Of a stretch of DNA of 64,000 bases, positions 29,537 through 38,355 are shown piece by piece. This DNA is from an uncultured Actinomycetes bacterium. GTDB taxonomy: Bacteria; Actinomycetota; Acidimicrobiia; IMCC26256; PALSA-610. The stretch's first letter is position 1. Every line of letters starts with the position of its first letter. The position numbers and the translations under genes are program-made. The notes beneath the pieces were generated by a model. The model saw only the letters and a list, made by a program, of their open reading frames with translations, made no database searches and was not told the DNA's origin. Where the stretch lies: the NCBI GenBank assembly GCA_963781425.1, contig CAWAGX010000020.1:376408-440407 (forward strand), in the 5' to 3' direction.

Positions 29537-30328
29537 TCACCGCAGGAAGTCGAGGATCTCCGGCAGCGCCTTCGCATCCTGGGCGAAGAAGGCGTGGCCG
29601 CCTTCGTAGACGCGCAGCTCGCTGTGCGGGATCCGGCCCGCGATGAACTCGCCGTTCGGCAGCGGGGCGATGCCGTCGTAACGACCGGACGCGACCAGGG
29701 TCGGGCACGTGATCCGCGAGAGGCGGTCGCACACGTCGTGCCCGGCGCGCGCTTGGAGCTGCTCGGCCTCGCCGCGGAGCTGGTCCTTGGTCTTGGCACC
29801 ACTTCGGCGCGCTGCCATCATCTCCACGAGACCGCGGTCGCCGGAATGCTCGGCGAGCCATTGCTTGTCGAAGCGCGTGTCGAGCAGCTTGACGGCACGC
29901 GCGGCACGTTCGGCTTCCGGCAACGTCTCGAGCTCGTGCAGTGGGTACGACGCACCGCCCGCGCCACCGGGCGAGGTGCAGCACAACACGAGCCGCTCGA
30001 CGCGCTCGGGCGCGGTCACCGCGAGCTCCTGCGCGACCATGCCGCCGAAGCTCACACCGAACACGCGGCAACGATCCCAGCCGAGGTGGTCGAGCAGCGC
30101 GGTCGCGTCCGCCGCGTAGTCGGCCATGGTGTACGGCCCGGGTGGGATCGACGTGCGGCCGAGCCCGCGCTGGTCGTGCGCGGCGACGTCGAAGCGCGCC
30201 GCGAACGGTTTGATCAGCAGCGCGCTCGTGGCCAGCGTCGATCCCGACCCGTTCAGGAACAACAGGCGAGGCCCGGCACCCGAGCGCTCGTAGTAGATGT
30301 CGATGCCGGTCGCGGCGACGGTGGGCAC
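29537..30328 (-). CDS. alpha/beta hydrolase
   Basis: Intact 263-codon ORF with a nucleophile elbow GVSFGG, HDQRGLGRT, and a C-terminal GGHAFF motif. Confidence 0.9.
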   Translation of the reverse strand: MPTVAATGIDIYYERSGAGPRLLFLNGSGSTLATSALLIKPFAARFDVAAHDQRGLGRTSIPPGPYTMADYAADATALLDHLGWDRCRVFGVSFGGMVAQELAVTAPERVERLVLCCTSPGGAGGASYPLHELETLPEAERAARAVKLLDTRFDKQWLAEHSGDRGLVEMMAARRSGAKTKDQLRGEAEQLQARAGHDVCDRLSRITCPTLVASGRYDGIAPLPNGEFIAGRIPHSELRVYEGGHAFFAQDAKALPEILDFLR

Positions 30329-30346
30329 GGCGGCGAGACTAGAGCG

Positions 30347-33300
30347 CTACGCGGGCACGACGGCGAAGACCCGCTGGGGTTCTGCAAAACCCTTGAGGCG
30401 CTGTGACCCGCGGTCGACGAACGCGATCCCGGGCACGTCTTGCTTCGTCAGGAGGCCGTGCGATGCCGCGGAGACGAGCACCTCGTCCGGGCTGCTGATC
30501 GCGCAGACCCGGGATGCGATGTTGACCGCGCTGCCGTAGACGGCGTCGCGTTCGCGCAACACGGAACCGTGGTGCACGCCGACGTGCAGCCGGAGCACGT
30601 CGCCCTGCGACGCGCGGACCGCAGCCAACCCGGCGTGCACCGCTTTGTCCGAGGATCGAAACAGCGCCACGAGCCCGTCGCCGAGGTTGATGCCCGGCAT
30701 CACCGCGCCCCCATGCTCGGCGATCGTCAGCCGCAATCGGCGTTCGAGCGATCGAGCCTTGTTGCGGTACTCGACGTCGCCCCACTCTTCGGTGAGGCGC
30801 GTCGAGTCGACGACGTCCAAGAACAACACGCTCGCCTGATCCGCGATCGGTTCGGCACCTGCTTCCGGGCGGCCGGCGCCCATGCCGAGTCGCTCGGCGA
30901 GCTGCCCGGCCTCGGTGAGGATCGGCCCCGCCGCGAGGCGCTCGAGCACCGGCAGCGCCTGGCGGAGCATCACGAGCGCGACGGCCGGGTCGCGGTCTGC
31001 CTCGAGCTGGGCGAGCCCGAGACGGGCGCGGGCACCCTCGGCGTGCGCGCCATGATCGTCGGCGAACTGGATCGCGTCGGCGAAACGACGGCGCGCGTAC
31101 GCCCCGCGTCCGAGCAACGCATGTCCCATGGCTGCCGCGCGCGACAGCAACACCGGCAGGCTGCTGGAGACGATCATCCCGCGCCCGATCGTCGCCTCGA
31201 GCAGATCCGTGGCCTTGGCCGCGAGCGCCGGGTCGTGGAGCTCGCGCGCGATCTCGATGGAGAGAATCGCCCAGTCCTGCGCGCCGAGGAGGGGCTGCGA
31301 CGGCATGCGCGGCATCTGCGGGAGTGCCTCGCGCCCCGCTTCTCCGCAGCGCACGGCCACGAGCGTGCGCAGCAGTGACGTCGTGATGCGTCCAAGATCG
31401 TCCGCGGTCTCGTCCCATCTCGCGAGGGCCGCCTTCGCGCCTTCGGCGTCGCCCCGGTCGAGACGAGCGAGCGCGAGCGCAGGCAGGAACAACCCCGCCG
31501 CCCAGAGATACCCCGACAATGCCTGTATGCGCAGGGCGCGATCCGCGTGTTCCTCGGCAGCGTTCAGATCGCCGCGCAGGATCGCGAGCGACACGCGCGC
31601 GGCCAGCACGAGACCGAACTCATACACGGACTGCACTTCTTCGGAATGGGCGGTTGCCCGCTCGACGGCCTTGTCGGCGTCGTAGAGCCGGCCCAACCAG
31701 AGCAGCGTGAGCGGCAGGCGGTAGGCGGGGCCCATCCGGCGCGTGGGGTCCTCGGCGAATCGCACGTGGGCCTCGCCGCGGCGGAGATCGTCGAGGGCAC
31801 GGTCGAGGTCGAGCGTGATCCAATGCGTGATTGCACGGGAGACGTATGCCTTGCCGGACGACGTGTGGAGCTCGAGCGGTTCGGAGATCTCCAGCGCGGC
31901 GCGATGGTCGTGCGCGCCTCCTCGACGCGTCCCTGCGACCATTGCGCCTGCGAGATGTCGACGAGGGCTTCGGCGGCGAGCGCCGGTGCCGACTTCCCGA
32001 GCGCCTCGACGAGGGCCTCCACCGCCTGCACCTCGGCGTGCGCGACGGGGCCTCCCGCAGTGAGGCACACGAGTCGATCGAGCGTCGCGCGCAACTCCCC
32101 CTCGAGGTCACCCGCGTTGTGGCCCAACTCGGCGGCCCGCTCGAAATCGCGCCGGCCACCATCGACGTCCAGCGCGAACTGGCGGCACTTCCCCACCGAC
32201 CAGTGCAGCGCCGCTTGCTCGGCGACCGACGCCGGAGCCGAACACCGCGGCTGCGCCGCGAGGACGGCCTTGAACAAGCCGGCCGCCTCCTCCCACGCGC
32301 AGAGGGCCGACGCCTGCCGGGCCGCCGACAGCGCGACCTCGGCGACCTCGTCGGCTTCGGCTTCCCCCCCTGCAAGCACGAGATGCCGCGCCACCGACAC
32401 CACGGACGACCCTTCGGGCGGTCCGAGCGCATGCGCGATCTCGGCATGCGCCCGCGCACGCGCCAGCGGGCCGATGCGGCGCATGAAGCGCGCGCGCACG
32501 AGCGGGTGGCTGAAGCGCAGGCTCATGCCGTCGACGATGAGGACGCCGGCCAGAAGTGCCTCGTCGACGAGCATGACAACCGTGCCCTCGTCCCAACGCC
32601 CCAGCCGGCGCAGCGATGCCAGCGCCAGGTCGGGGATGAGGAGCGCGGCCCATTCGAGCATCTCGACGCACGGCGCGGACAGCGACTCCATCCGAGCATC
32701 GATTGCCGTCTCGACGATCAGCGGCGCATCGACGATGCTGCCCGATCGCGCCAGCGCTTCGATCAGCAGCGGATTGCCGCCCGTCTGCTCCCAGACGTTG
32801 CCCGGCGTGAGATTCCTCCCGCCGAGACGACGGACAAGGTCCGCGGACTCCAACGCGTCGAGGCCCGCGAGCTCGACCGCCGCGCATCGGTGCTCGCGAC
32901 GGAGCGGTTCGATCTCCGCAGTCGGCCGCGCCGCGAGCAGGAGCAGGAGCCGCGTCGCGCGAAACCCGCCTTCGAGCCGATAGATGACGTGCCGTACGAG
33001 CGCGAGTGAGCTGGTGTCCGCCCACTGGAGGTCGTCGACGACGAGGAGCAGTGGCCGGCGGGCCGCCGCTTCGAGCACGAGGTTGGCGAGGTCGAGCAGG
33101 AGCCCGACCGGGGCAATGTCGCTCAACGGCACGCGCGACCCCGCCTCGTCTTCCTCGCCGAGCGCCATCGTCAGCGCGCTCGGCACGCCCCCGCTGTCGT
33201 CCAGCAGGCGGGCGAGCGCGGGAAAGATGGCCTCGCGGAACGGCAGGAAGGGCAGCGACACGCCGTCGTACCCGCGGCCCGCGAGCGTGAGGAACCCGGA

Positions 33301-33468
33301 ACCGTGCGCGCCGTCACACAGTTCGGCGGCCAGCCGCGTCTTCCCGATGCCCGCCTCCCCGCTGAGAAGCACACATTGGGGTGCGCCTTGCGCGGCGAGC
33401 CGGAGACGCGCGCCGAGCCACGACAACTCCGCGTGCCGGCCGACGAGATCCACCGCCCTCGGCGCCAT
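30347..33468 (-). pseudogene. STAND-type P-loop ATPase (AAA_16-like) - helical/TPR-like repeats - C-terminal class III nucleotidyl cyclase; one frameshift
   Basis: ORF 31564..33468: VGRHAELSWLG ... VLLSGEAGIGKTRLA ... PLLLVVDDLQWAD. ORF 30347..32068: helical repeats, then ASVLFLDVVDSTRLTE ... PGINLGDGLVALF ... VYGSAVNIASRVC ... LKGFAEPQRVFAV. The frames join near 31915. Confidence 0.85.
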
Positions 33469-33612
33469 GAGCCCAAGTCTGGAGGAGATGCTTGCCGTAG
33501 GGCCATATTTTCGACGGCGTCACCGCATGGGATTCTCCTCGACGCGTGTTCGCTGCGCTGCTAGCAAGGTGTTGGCGGCAACAAAACGACGGTGCTGCGG
33601 GGAGGATTTCTC

Positions 33613-34290
33613 ATGTCGACAATGCCGTATTGGCTCAACAAGACCCCTGAGATGATCGCGATGGACCGCTATTTCAGTGCCGGGCCGAACCTCGTGGAGC
33701 GCTACAAGAAGACAATCAACAAGATCAACGCGGGACTCCCAGGTTCTTCAGATGCGCTCAACCTGGGAATGACGCCGGACGAGGTCGCCGACGCGTTCAC
33801 ACACTTCGACAAGGACTGGCTCAACAAGACCAATCCGAGCTCCGGCGGCAACTACTGGCCGCACGTGCCCACGTTCACGATCGTCACGTGGTTCAAGCAA
33901 GGAATCCTCGCGGCCGCGCAGAAGGGACTGGGCAGGATCGAGCTCGGCAACATTGGGGTGGTCCCCGACCCGATCTTCGACTCTGAGAAGAAGTACTCCG
34001 GGCTGCAAAACGCTGATCTCGATGGCGTGTTGCCGCTCAGTACCTCCTGGGTCTGCACGTCAGCACCCGGCACCGGAACCGTGGAAGTCGACGCGGTGCG
34101 CGGTCCATCCGTCGTGGAGCTCGTCATCTCGACGCCCTGGCCCAAGACCATGCAGTCCCGCCTCTGGGGCATCGTGCAGCCGCTGCTCGACGAGCTCTGG
34201 ATCCAGATCCACGGGCCTGGACCGGTGATCGACATCCGCCCGGAGTCCGAGTCGGACGATTCATCGGACACGTCGAAACAGCCTTCGTAG
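33613..34290 (+). CDS. orphan hypothetical protein (225 aa), compositionally atypical
   Basis: ATG 33613 lies 6 nt after a perfect GGAGGA (33601-33606). Intact ORF with no signal peptide and no recognisable motif. It uses many A/T-ending codons (aca, tat, agt, gga, cca, tct, tca, gat). Two hand-counted 120-nt samples gave 53% and 62% G+C. Confidence 0.6.
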   Translation: MSTMPYWLNKTPEMIAMDRYFSAGPNLVERYKKTINKINAGLPGSSDALNLGMTPDEVADAFTHFDKDWLNKTNPSSGGNYWPHVPTFTIVTWFKQGILAAAQKGLGRIELGNIGVVPDPIFDSEKKYSGLQNADLDGVLPLSTSWVCTSAPGTGTVEVDAVRGPSVVELVISTPWPKTMQSRLWGIVQPLLDELWIQIHGPGPVIDIRPESESDDSSDTSKQPS

Positions 34291-34505
34291 GTCGCGCGAC
34301 CCCCCATCGACGATCCCCACGGGTGACGTCCGTCACCTGCCCTCAGGTTGCGGGATTGCGGGGACGAAACGCTTCTTGCTGCAACGGATAGCAGCACGGA
34401 CGAAGCGAAGATCCATCACCTGCAAGTTGGTCGCCTCGGTGATGGGGAGCTAGTGGCGAACCCGGCGTCCTTCCGGCTCACCAACGGAGTGGAAGAGGGT
34501 TCGTC

Positions 34506-36353
34506 ATGGAAGCGTTCGCTGCTCGGGCGCCTCAGGGTCGGATTCGGGTGTGGCGGGGTGCGACCGGCGGAAGCGGTCGTACCTACGCTGCCCTCGCGGT
34601 CACGCTCGCCGTTCTGGGTGCCGCGTTCGTGTCACCGGGTGCGGCTGCGACCCGGGCCACGGCCGTCTCCGACCGCATGGTGCACGTGATCGTGACCGGC
34701 GCACCCGGCGCCGCGAGCACCGCGTCGCAGGTCGTGCAGAGCGCCGGCGGACACGTGCTGCACGCGCTGCCGATCGTGCACGGCTTCGACGCCGTCATCC
34801 CGGCGGGCGCGATCGGTCGGGTAGCGGCGGCCAATGGCGTCCGCAGCGTGACGCCCGACGTCGGGGTGCACCTCAACGGTGCGGCACCGCCGGACCCGAC
34901 GAACTGGCCGGGCGCCGCACGCTATGACCAGGAGCGGTATCCCGGATCGTTGTACAACGTCGCCCGCCAGATCAACGCCGACGACATGTGGGACCACGAA
35001 TACACCGGCAAGGGCGTCGGGGTGGCGTTGATCGACTCCGGTGTGGCGCCGGTCCCCGGCATCGCCGCCAACCTCGTGAACGGTCCGGATCTGTCGCTGG
35101 ACGCGACCGGCGGCCCCGACGACGGCATCGACGCCTTCGGGCACGGCACCCACATGGCCGGCATCATCGCCGGCCGCGAGCCGGGCCTGCCGACCAAGGG
35201 TCACGACATCCGCGACGCCGCCAAGCGCCGCTTCGCCGGCATCGCCCCCAACGCCAAGGTCATCAATGTGAAGGTCGCGACCGCCGACGGTTCGGTGGAC
35301 GTGTCGCAGGTGATCGCGGGGATCAACTGGGTGGTCGAGCACCGCGACGACCCGGCAATGAACATCCGGGTGCTGAACCTGTCGTTCGGCACCGATGGCG
35401 TGCAGCCGTACCTCCTCGATCCCCTCACCTACGCGGTCGAGGTGGCGTGGCGGGCCGGGATCGTGGTGGTGGTCGCGGCCGGCAACAACGGGATCGATCA
35501 CCCGCAGCTCAACAACCCGGCCTATGACCCGTTCGTGCTCGCGGTCGGCGCCCAGGACCAAAACGGTTCGACCGACGCCAGCAACGACGTGATTGCCGAC
35601 TTCTCGAGCCGCGGCAACAGCACCCGCCGACCCGACCTTGTCATGCCCGGCCGGTCGATCGTCAGCTTGCGTGACCCGGGCAGCGTCATCGACACCGCCT
35701 ACGCCGGCGCGCAGGTCGGCGACGACGAGTTCAAGGGCAGCGGCACCTCCCAATCGGCAGCCGTGCTGTCGGGCGCGGTCGCGCTGATGCTCCAGCGCTT
35801 CCCCAACCTCACGCCCGACCAGGTCAAAGCGGCGCTGGGCGCGTCCGGCCGGGTCCTCAAGACCAGCGCCGGGCAAGTCCTCGACCAGGGTCTCAAGACC
35901 GTCGACGTGAATCAGGCCTCGTCGAAAGTCGGGGACGTGATGTCGGGCAAGATCGCCTCCATGCAGAACTTCACGCCCGCGACCGGCCTCGGTTCGCTCG
36001 ACGCGGCCCGGGGGAGCTACCACCTCGTCGACAGCGAGACCGGTGCGGTCCTCGAAGGCGAGATCGACGTCACGGGTGCCGCGTGGGATCCCGTGACCTG
36101 GACCGCCGACTCGTTGGCGGGACGGACCTGGAGCGGCGACAACTGGATGGGCCGGACCTGGAGCGGACGCACCTGGTCGGGTCGCACCTGGTCGGGACGC
36201 ACCTGGAGCGGCGACGCCTACAACGGCCGGACCTGGAGCGGACGCACCTGGAGCGGGGGCGACTGGTCGGGACGGACCTGGTCAGGACGGACCTGGTCGG
36301 GACGGTCCTGGTCGTCAGCCGACCTCGACCCCACCGCCAGCTCCGGCGCCTGA
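34506..36353 (+). CDS. secreted subtilisin-like serine protease (peptidase S8) with I9-like propeptide and C-terminal GRTWS repeat tail
   Basis: Intact 615-codon ORF with signal/TM segment YAALAVTLAVLGAAFVSPGAAA and catalytic triad blocks VALIDSGV, HGTHMAGII and GTSQSAAVLSG. The tail carries 13 pentads. Confidence 0.9.
   Translation: MEAFAARAPQGRIRVWRGATGGSGRTYAALAVTLAVLGAAFVSPGAAATRATAVSDRMVHVIVTGAPGAASTASQVVQSAGGHVLHALPIVHGFDAVIPAGAIGRVAAANGVRSVTPDVGVHLNGAAPPDPTNWPGAARYDQERYPGSLYNVARQINADDMWDHEYTGKGVGVALIDSGVAPVPGIAANLVNGPDLSLDATGGPDDGIDAFGHGTHMAGIIAGREPGLPTKGHDIRDAAKRRFAGIAPNAKVINVKVATADGSVDVSQVIAGINWVVEHRDDPAMNIRVLNLSFGTDGVQPYLLDPLTYAVEVAWRAGIVVVVAAGNNGIDHPQLNNPAYDPFVLAVGAQDQNGSTDASNDVIADFSSRGNSTRRPDLVMPGRSIVSLRDPGSVIDTAYAGAQVGDDEFKGSGTSQSAAVLSGAVALMLQRFPNLTPDQVKAALGASGRVLKTSAGQVLDQGLKTVDVNQASSKVGDVMSGKIASMQNFTPATGLGSLDAARGSYHLVDSETGAVLEGEIDVTGAAWDPVTWTADSLAGRTWSGDNWMGRTWSGRTWSGRTWSGRTWSGDAYNGRTWSGRTWSGGDWSGRTWSGRTWSGRSWSSADLDPTASSGA
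36120..36314 (+). repeat. 13 tandem 15-nt units encoding (G-R-T-W-S)n inside the S8 protease gene
   Basis: GRTWS GDNWM GRTWS GRTWS GRTWS GRTWS GDAYN GRTWS GRTWS GGDWS GRTWS GRTWS GRSWS. Across the units Ser is encoded by AGC, TCG and TCA, and Arg by CGG and CGC. Confidence 0.95.
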
Positions 36354-36390
36354 CCCGAGCTCCGTCCACAACTCGCCACGCCTGGGAGGC

Positions 36391-37128
36391 ATGGTCGTGA
36401 AAACGCGCATCAAACAATCCGTGGGCGCGACGCGGGTGTCGATCCTGACGCTCGTCCTCGTCGACGGCGCCGCCGCATCCCTCATCGCGCTGGCATCGCA
36501 TCACGCCGCCCAGCCCCGCGGACCGATCGCCCTTGTGGTCCTCGCGTTGGCGTTCTTCGCCGCCGAAGTTTTCCCCATCCACTTCAGCGTCGGCGCCGAC
36601 CGCCACACCATCTCCTTCAACGAGCTGCCGCTCGCCATCGGGGTCGTGGTGCTGACACCGGCCGCGCTCGTCGCGAGCGTCGTGCTCGGCAGCGGCATCG
36701 CCCTGATCCTGCACCGCAACCAGCGCGGCACGAAGCTCGCCTTCAACCTGGCACAGCTCGCAGTCCAGGCGGTCGTTGCCGCCGCGGTATTCGACGTCGT
36801 CCGCCACGGCGGGCTCACATCGCTGTCGACCTCGCTCGCCGTCGCCCTCGCGGTCATCGCAGCCGACAGCGTCTCCGCCATCCTCGTCACCGGCGCGATC
36901 GCGCTCATGCGAGGAACAACCACCGGCGCGTACACACCGCGGGCACTGCTCGGCGGCGCGGCCGAATGCGTATGCAAGGCGCTGCTCGCCGTCGCAACGG
37001 TCGCCGCGCTGATCCACCACAGCAGCATCGGCCTCGTCGCCGCCATCGCCGGGAGCGCAACCATCTACCTCGTGTACCGGTACGCCGTCACGATGGGCGG
37101 GCAGCGGCCACTCGCCTCGGCCGGCTAG
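36391..37128 (+). CDS. polytopic membrane protein (about 6-7 TM), resembles the stand-alone N-terminal membrane sensor module of GGDEF/HD-GYP proteins
   Basis: Intact ORF with ATG 36391 or GTG 36397 after GGGAGG. Hydrophobic segments run throughout (LVVLALAFFAAEVFPIHF, LPLAIGVVVLTPAALVASVVLGSGIALIL, LAVALAVIAADSVSAILVTGAIAL). No soluble output domain. Confidence 0.6.
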   Translation: MVVKTRIKQSVGATRVSILTLVLVDGAAASLIALASHHAAQPRGPIALVVLALAFFAAEVFPIHFSVGADRHTISFNELPLAIGVVVLTPAALVASVVLGSGIALILHRNQRGTKLAFNLAQLAVQAVVAAAVFDVVRHGGLTSLSTSLAVALAVIAADSVSAILVTGAIALMRGTTTGAYTPRALLGGAAECVCKALLAVATVAALIHHSSIGLVAAIAGSATIYLVYRYAVTMGGQRPLASAG

Positions 37129-37580
37129 CGGCACTCTCGGTCGATACGAGCCCGGGCGTCCAGCACCGCACCGACGGTCGCGCCGAAGAGGACGTGGTCC
37201 GCCCACTGCGGTGCTTGCGGGAGCGCACGTATCGCGGGATAGCGACGTGCGAACACGCCCAGGTCGAGCGCGGCGATCGCGGCGCCGCCGAGCGCGCCGG
37301 TCGCGATGCGATGTCCCGGCGGCAGGGCGCGGGCGAGCACCGCGGTCCACGCGATCGACAGTGCAGTGTGAGCGACAAGACCGCGTGCGATCGACGCCTT
37401 GCCGAGCACTGTGCCCGCCGCCCTGGTCGAGGCCGTCAGCGGGATGCCCGTGCACAACGCGTGCAACGTCGACGGCGTCCCGCTCACCAGGCCGGCGACA
37501 CCAGCCGCGACCACGACGTCGGCGATACGTCTCTCCACGCGGGACAGATTGCTCCGTGAGGTGCGGTGGTGCACGCTCAT
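37125..37580 (-). CDS. small membrane protein (151 aa), hypothetical
   Basis: ATG 37580 within ORF 37125..38414. MSVHHRTSRSNLSRVERRIADVVVAAGVAGLVSG ... LVAHTALSIAWTAVLARAL ... ALGGAAIAALDLGVF. The upstream part of that long ORF is antisense to the methyltransferase and is not coding. Confidence 0.5.
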   Translation of the reverse strand: MSVHHRTSRSNLSRVERRIADVVVAAGVAGLVSGTPSTLHALCTGIPLTASTRAAGTVLGKASIARGLVAHTALSIAWTAVLARALPPGHRIATGALGGAAIAALDLGVFARRYPAIRALPQAPQWADHVLFGATVGAVLDARARIDRECR

Positions 37581-37583
37581 GGG

Positions 37584-38351
37584 ATGACGACCGAGGAGCA
37601 CGAACACGTCGTGCGGCGTTCCTTCGAGCGCCAGGTCGGCCTCTTCTCGGGACCCGACTCGCCGTTCGCGCAACGACCGGCCGGCACGCTCTCCTGGCTT
37701 GAGCCGCTCGACCTGGAGATGGTGGCGCTCGACGTCGCGTGCGGCGCGGCGCACGCGGCCGAGGCGGCCGCGCCGCGCGTTCGACAAGTGGTCGGCATCG
37801 ACCTGACGCCTACCCTTCTCGAGCTCGGCGCGCAACGGCTGCGCGACGCCGGCGTCATGAACGTCCTGCTGCAAGAAGGCAACGCCGAGTCGCTCCCGTT
37901 CGTCGACGCTTCGTTCGACGTCGTCTTCTGTCGCGGCTCGCTGCATCACTTCGCCGATCCGCACCGGGCGGTCGTCGAAATGGTGCGCACCTGCCGGCCG
38001 GGCGGCCGGGTCGTCCTCCTCGACTTGATCGCGCCGTCGGCCGAGGAGCGCGACACGTTCGACGACCTGCACCGGCTGATCGATCCGTCGCACATGCGCT
38101 CGTTCACCGAGCGCGAGCTGGCGGCGCTGCTCGACGGTCTCACGTTGACCCACGGCGAGACGCTCCCGATCCGGATGCCGATCGACATCGCGCTGACCGA
38201 GCAGTCCGAGCGGGAGACCGTGCTGGCCGCGTTGCGCGCCGACGCGGCGGGCGGTCGGCCCACCGGGTTCGACCCCGTTGCCGAAGACGGCTCGTTCCTC
38301 GTCTCGTTCACGACGTGCTTCGTCCACGGCACTCGCGCGGTTGCAAGATAG
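37584..38351 (+). CDS. class I SAM-dependent methyltransferase
   Basis: ATG 37584 (an alternative GTG 37566 exists). SAM-binding motif VALDVACGAAHAA, then VGIDLTPTLLE and FDVVFCRGSLHHF ... RPGGRVVLLD. Confidence 0.85.
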   Translation: MTTEEHEHVVRRSFERQVGLFSGPDSPFAQRPAGTLSWLEPLDLEMVALDVACGAAHAAEAAAPRVRQVVGIDLTPTLLELGAQRLRDAGVMNVLLQEGNAESLPFVDASFDVVFCRGSLHHFADPHRAVVEMVRTCRPGGRVVLLDLIAPSAEERDTFDDLHRLIDPSHMRSFTERELAALLDGLTLTHGETLPIRMPIDIALTEQSERETVLAALRADAAGGRPTGFDPVAEDGSFLVSFTTCFVHGTRAVAR

Positions 38352-38355
38352 GCGG

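Noticed and set aside
36120-36314. Possible CRISPR-like or minisatellite array (15-nt period)
   Set aside because: The units are contiguous with no spacers and stay in frame inside the S8 protease ORF, encoding GRTWS pentads. No cas genes are present.
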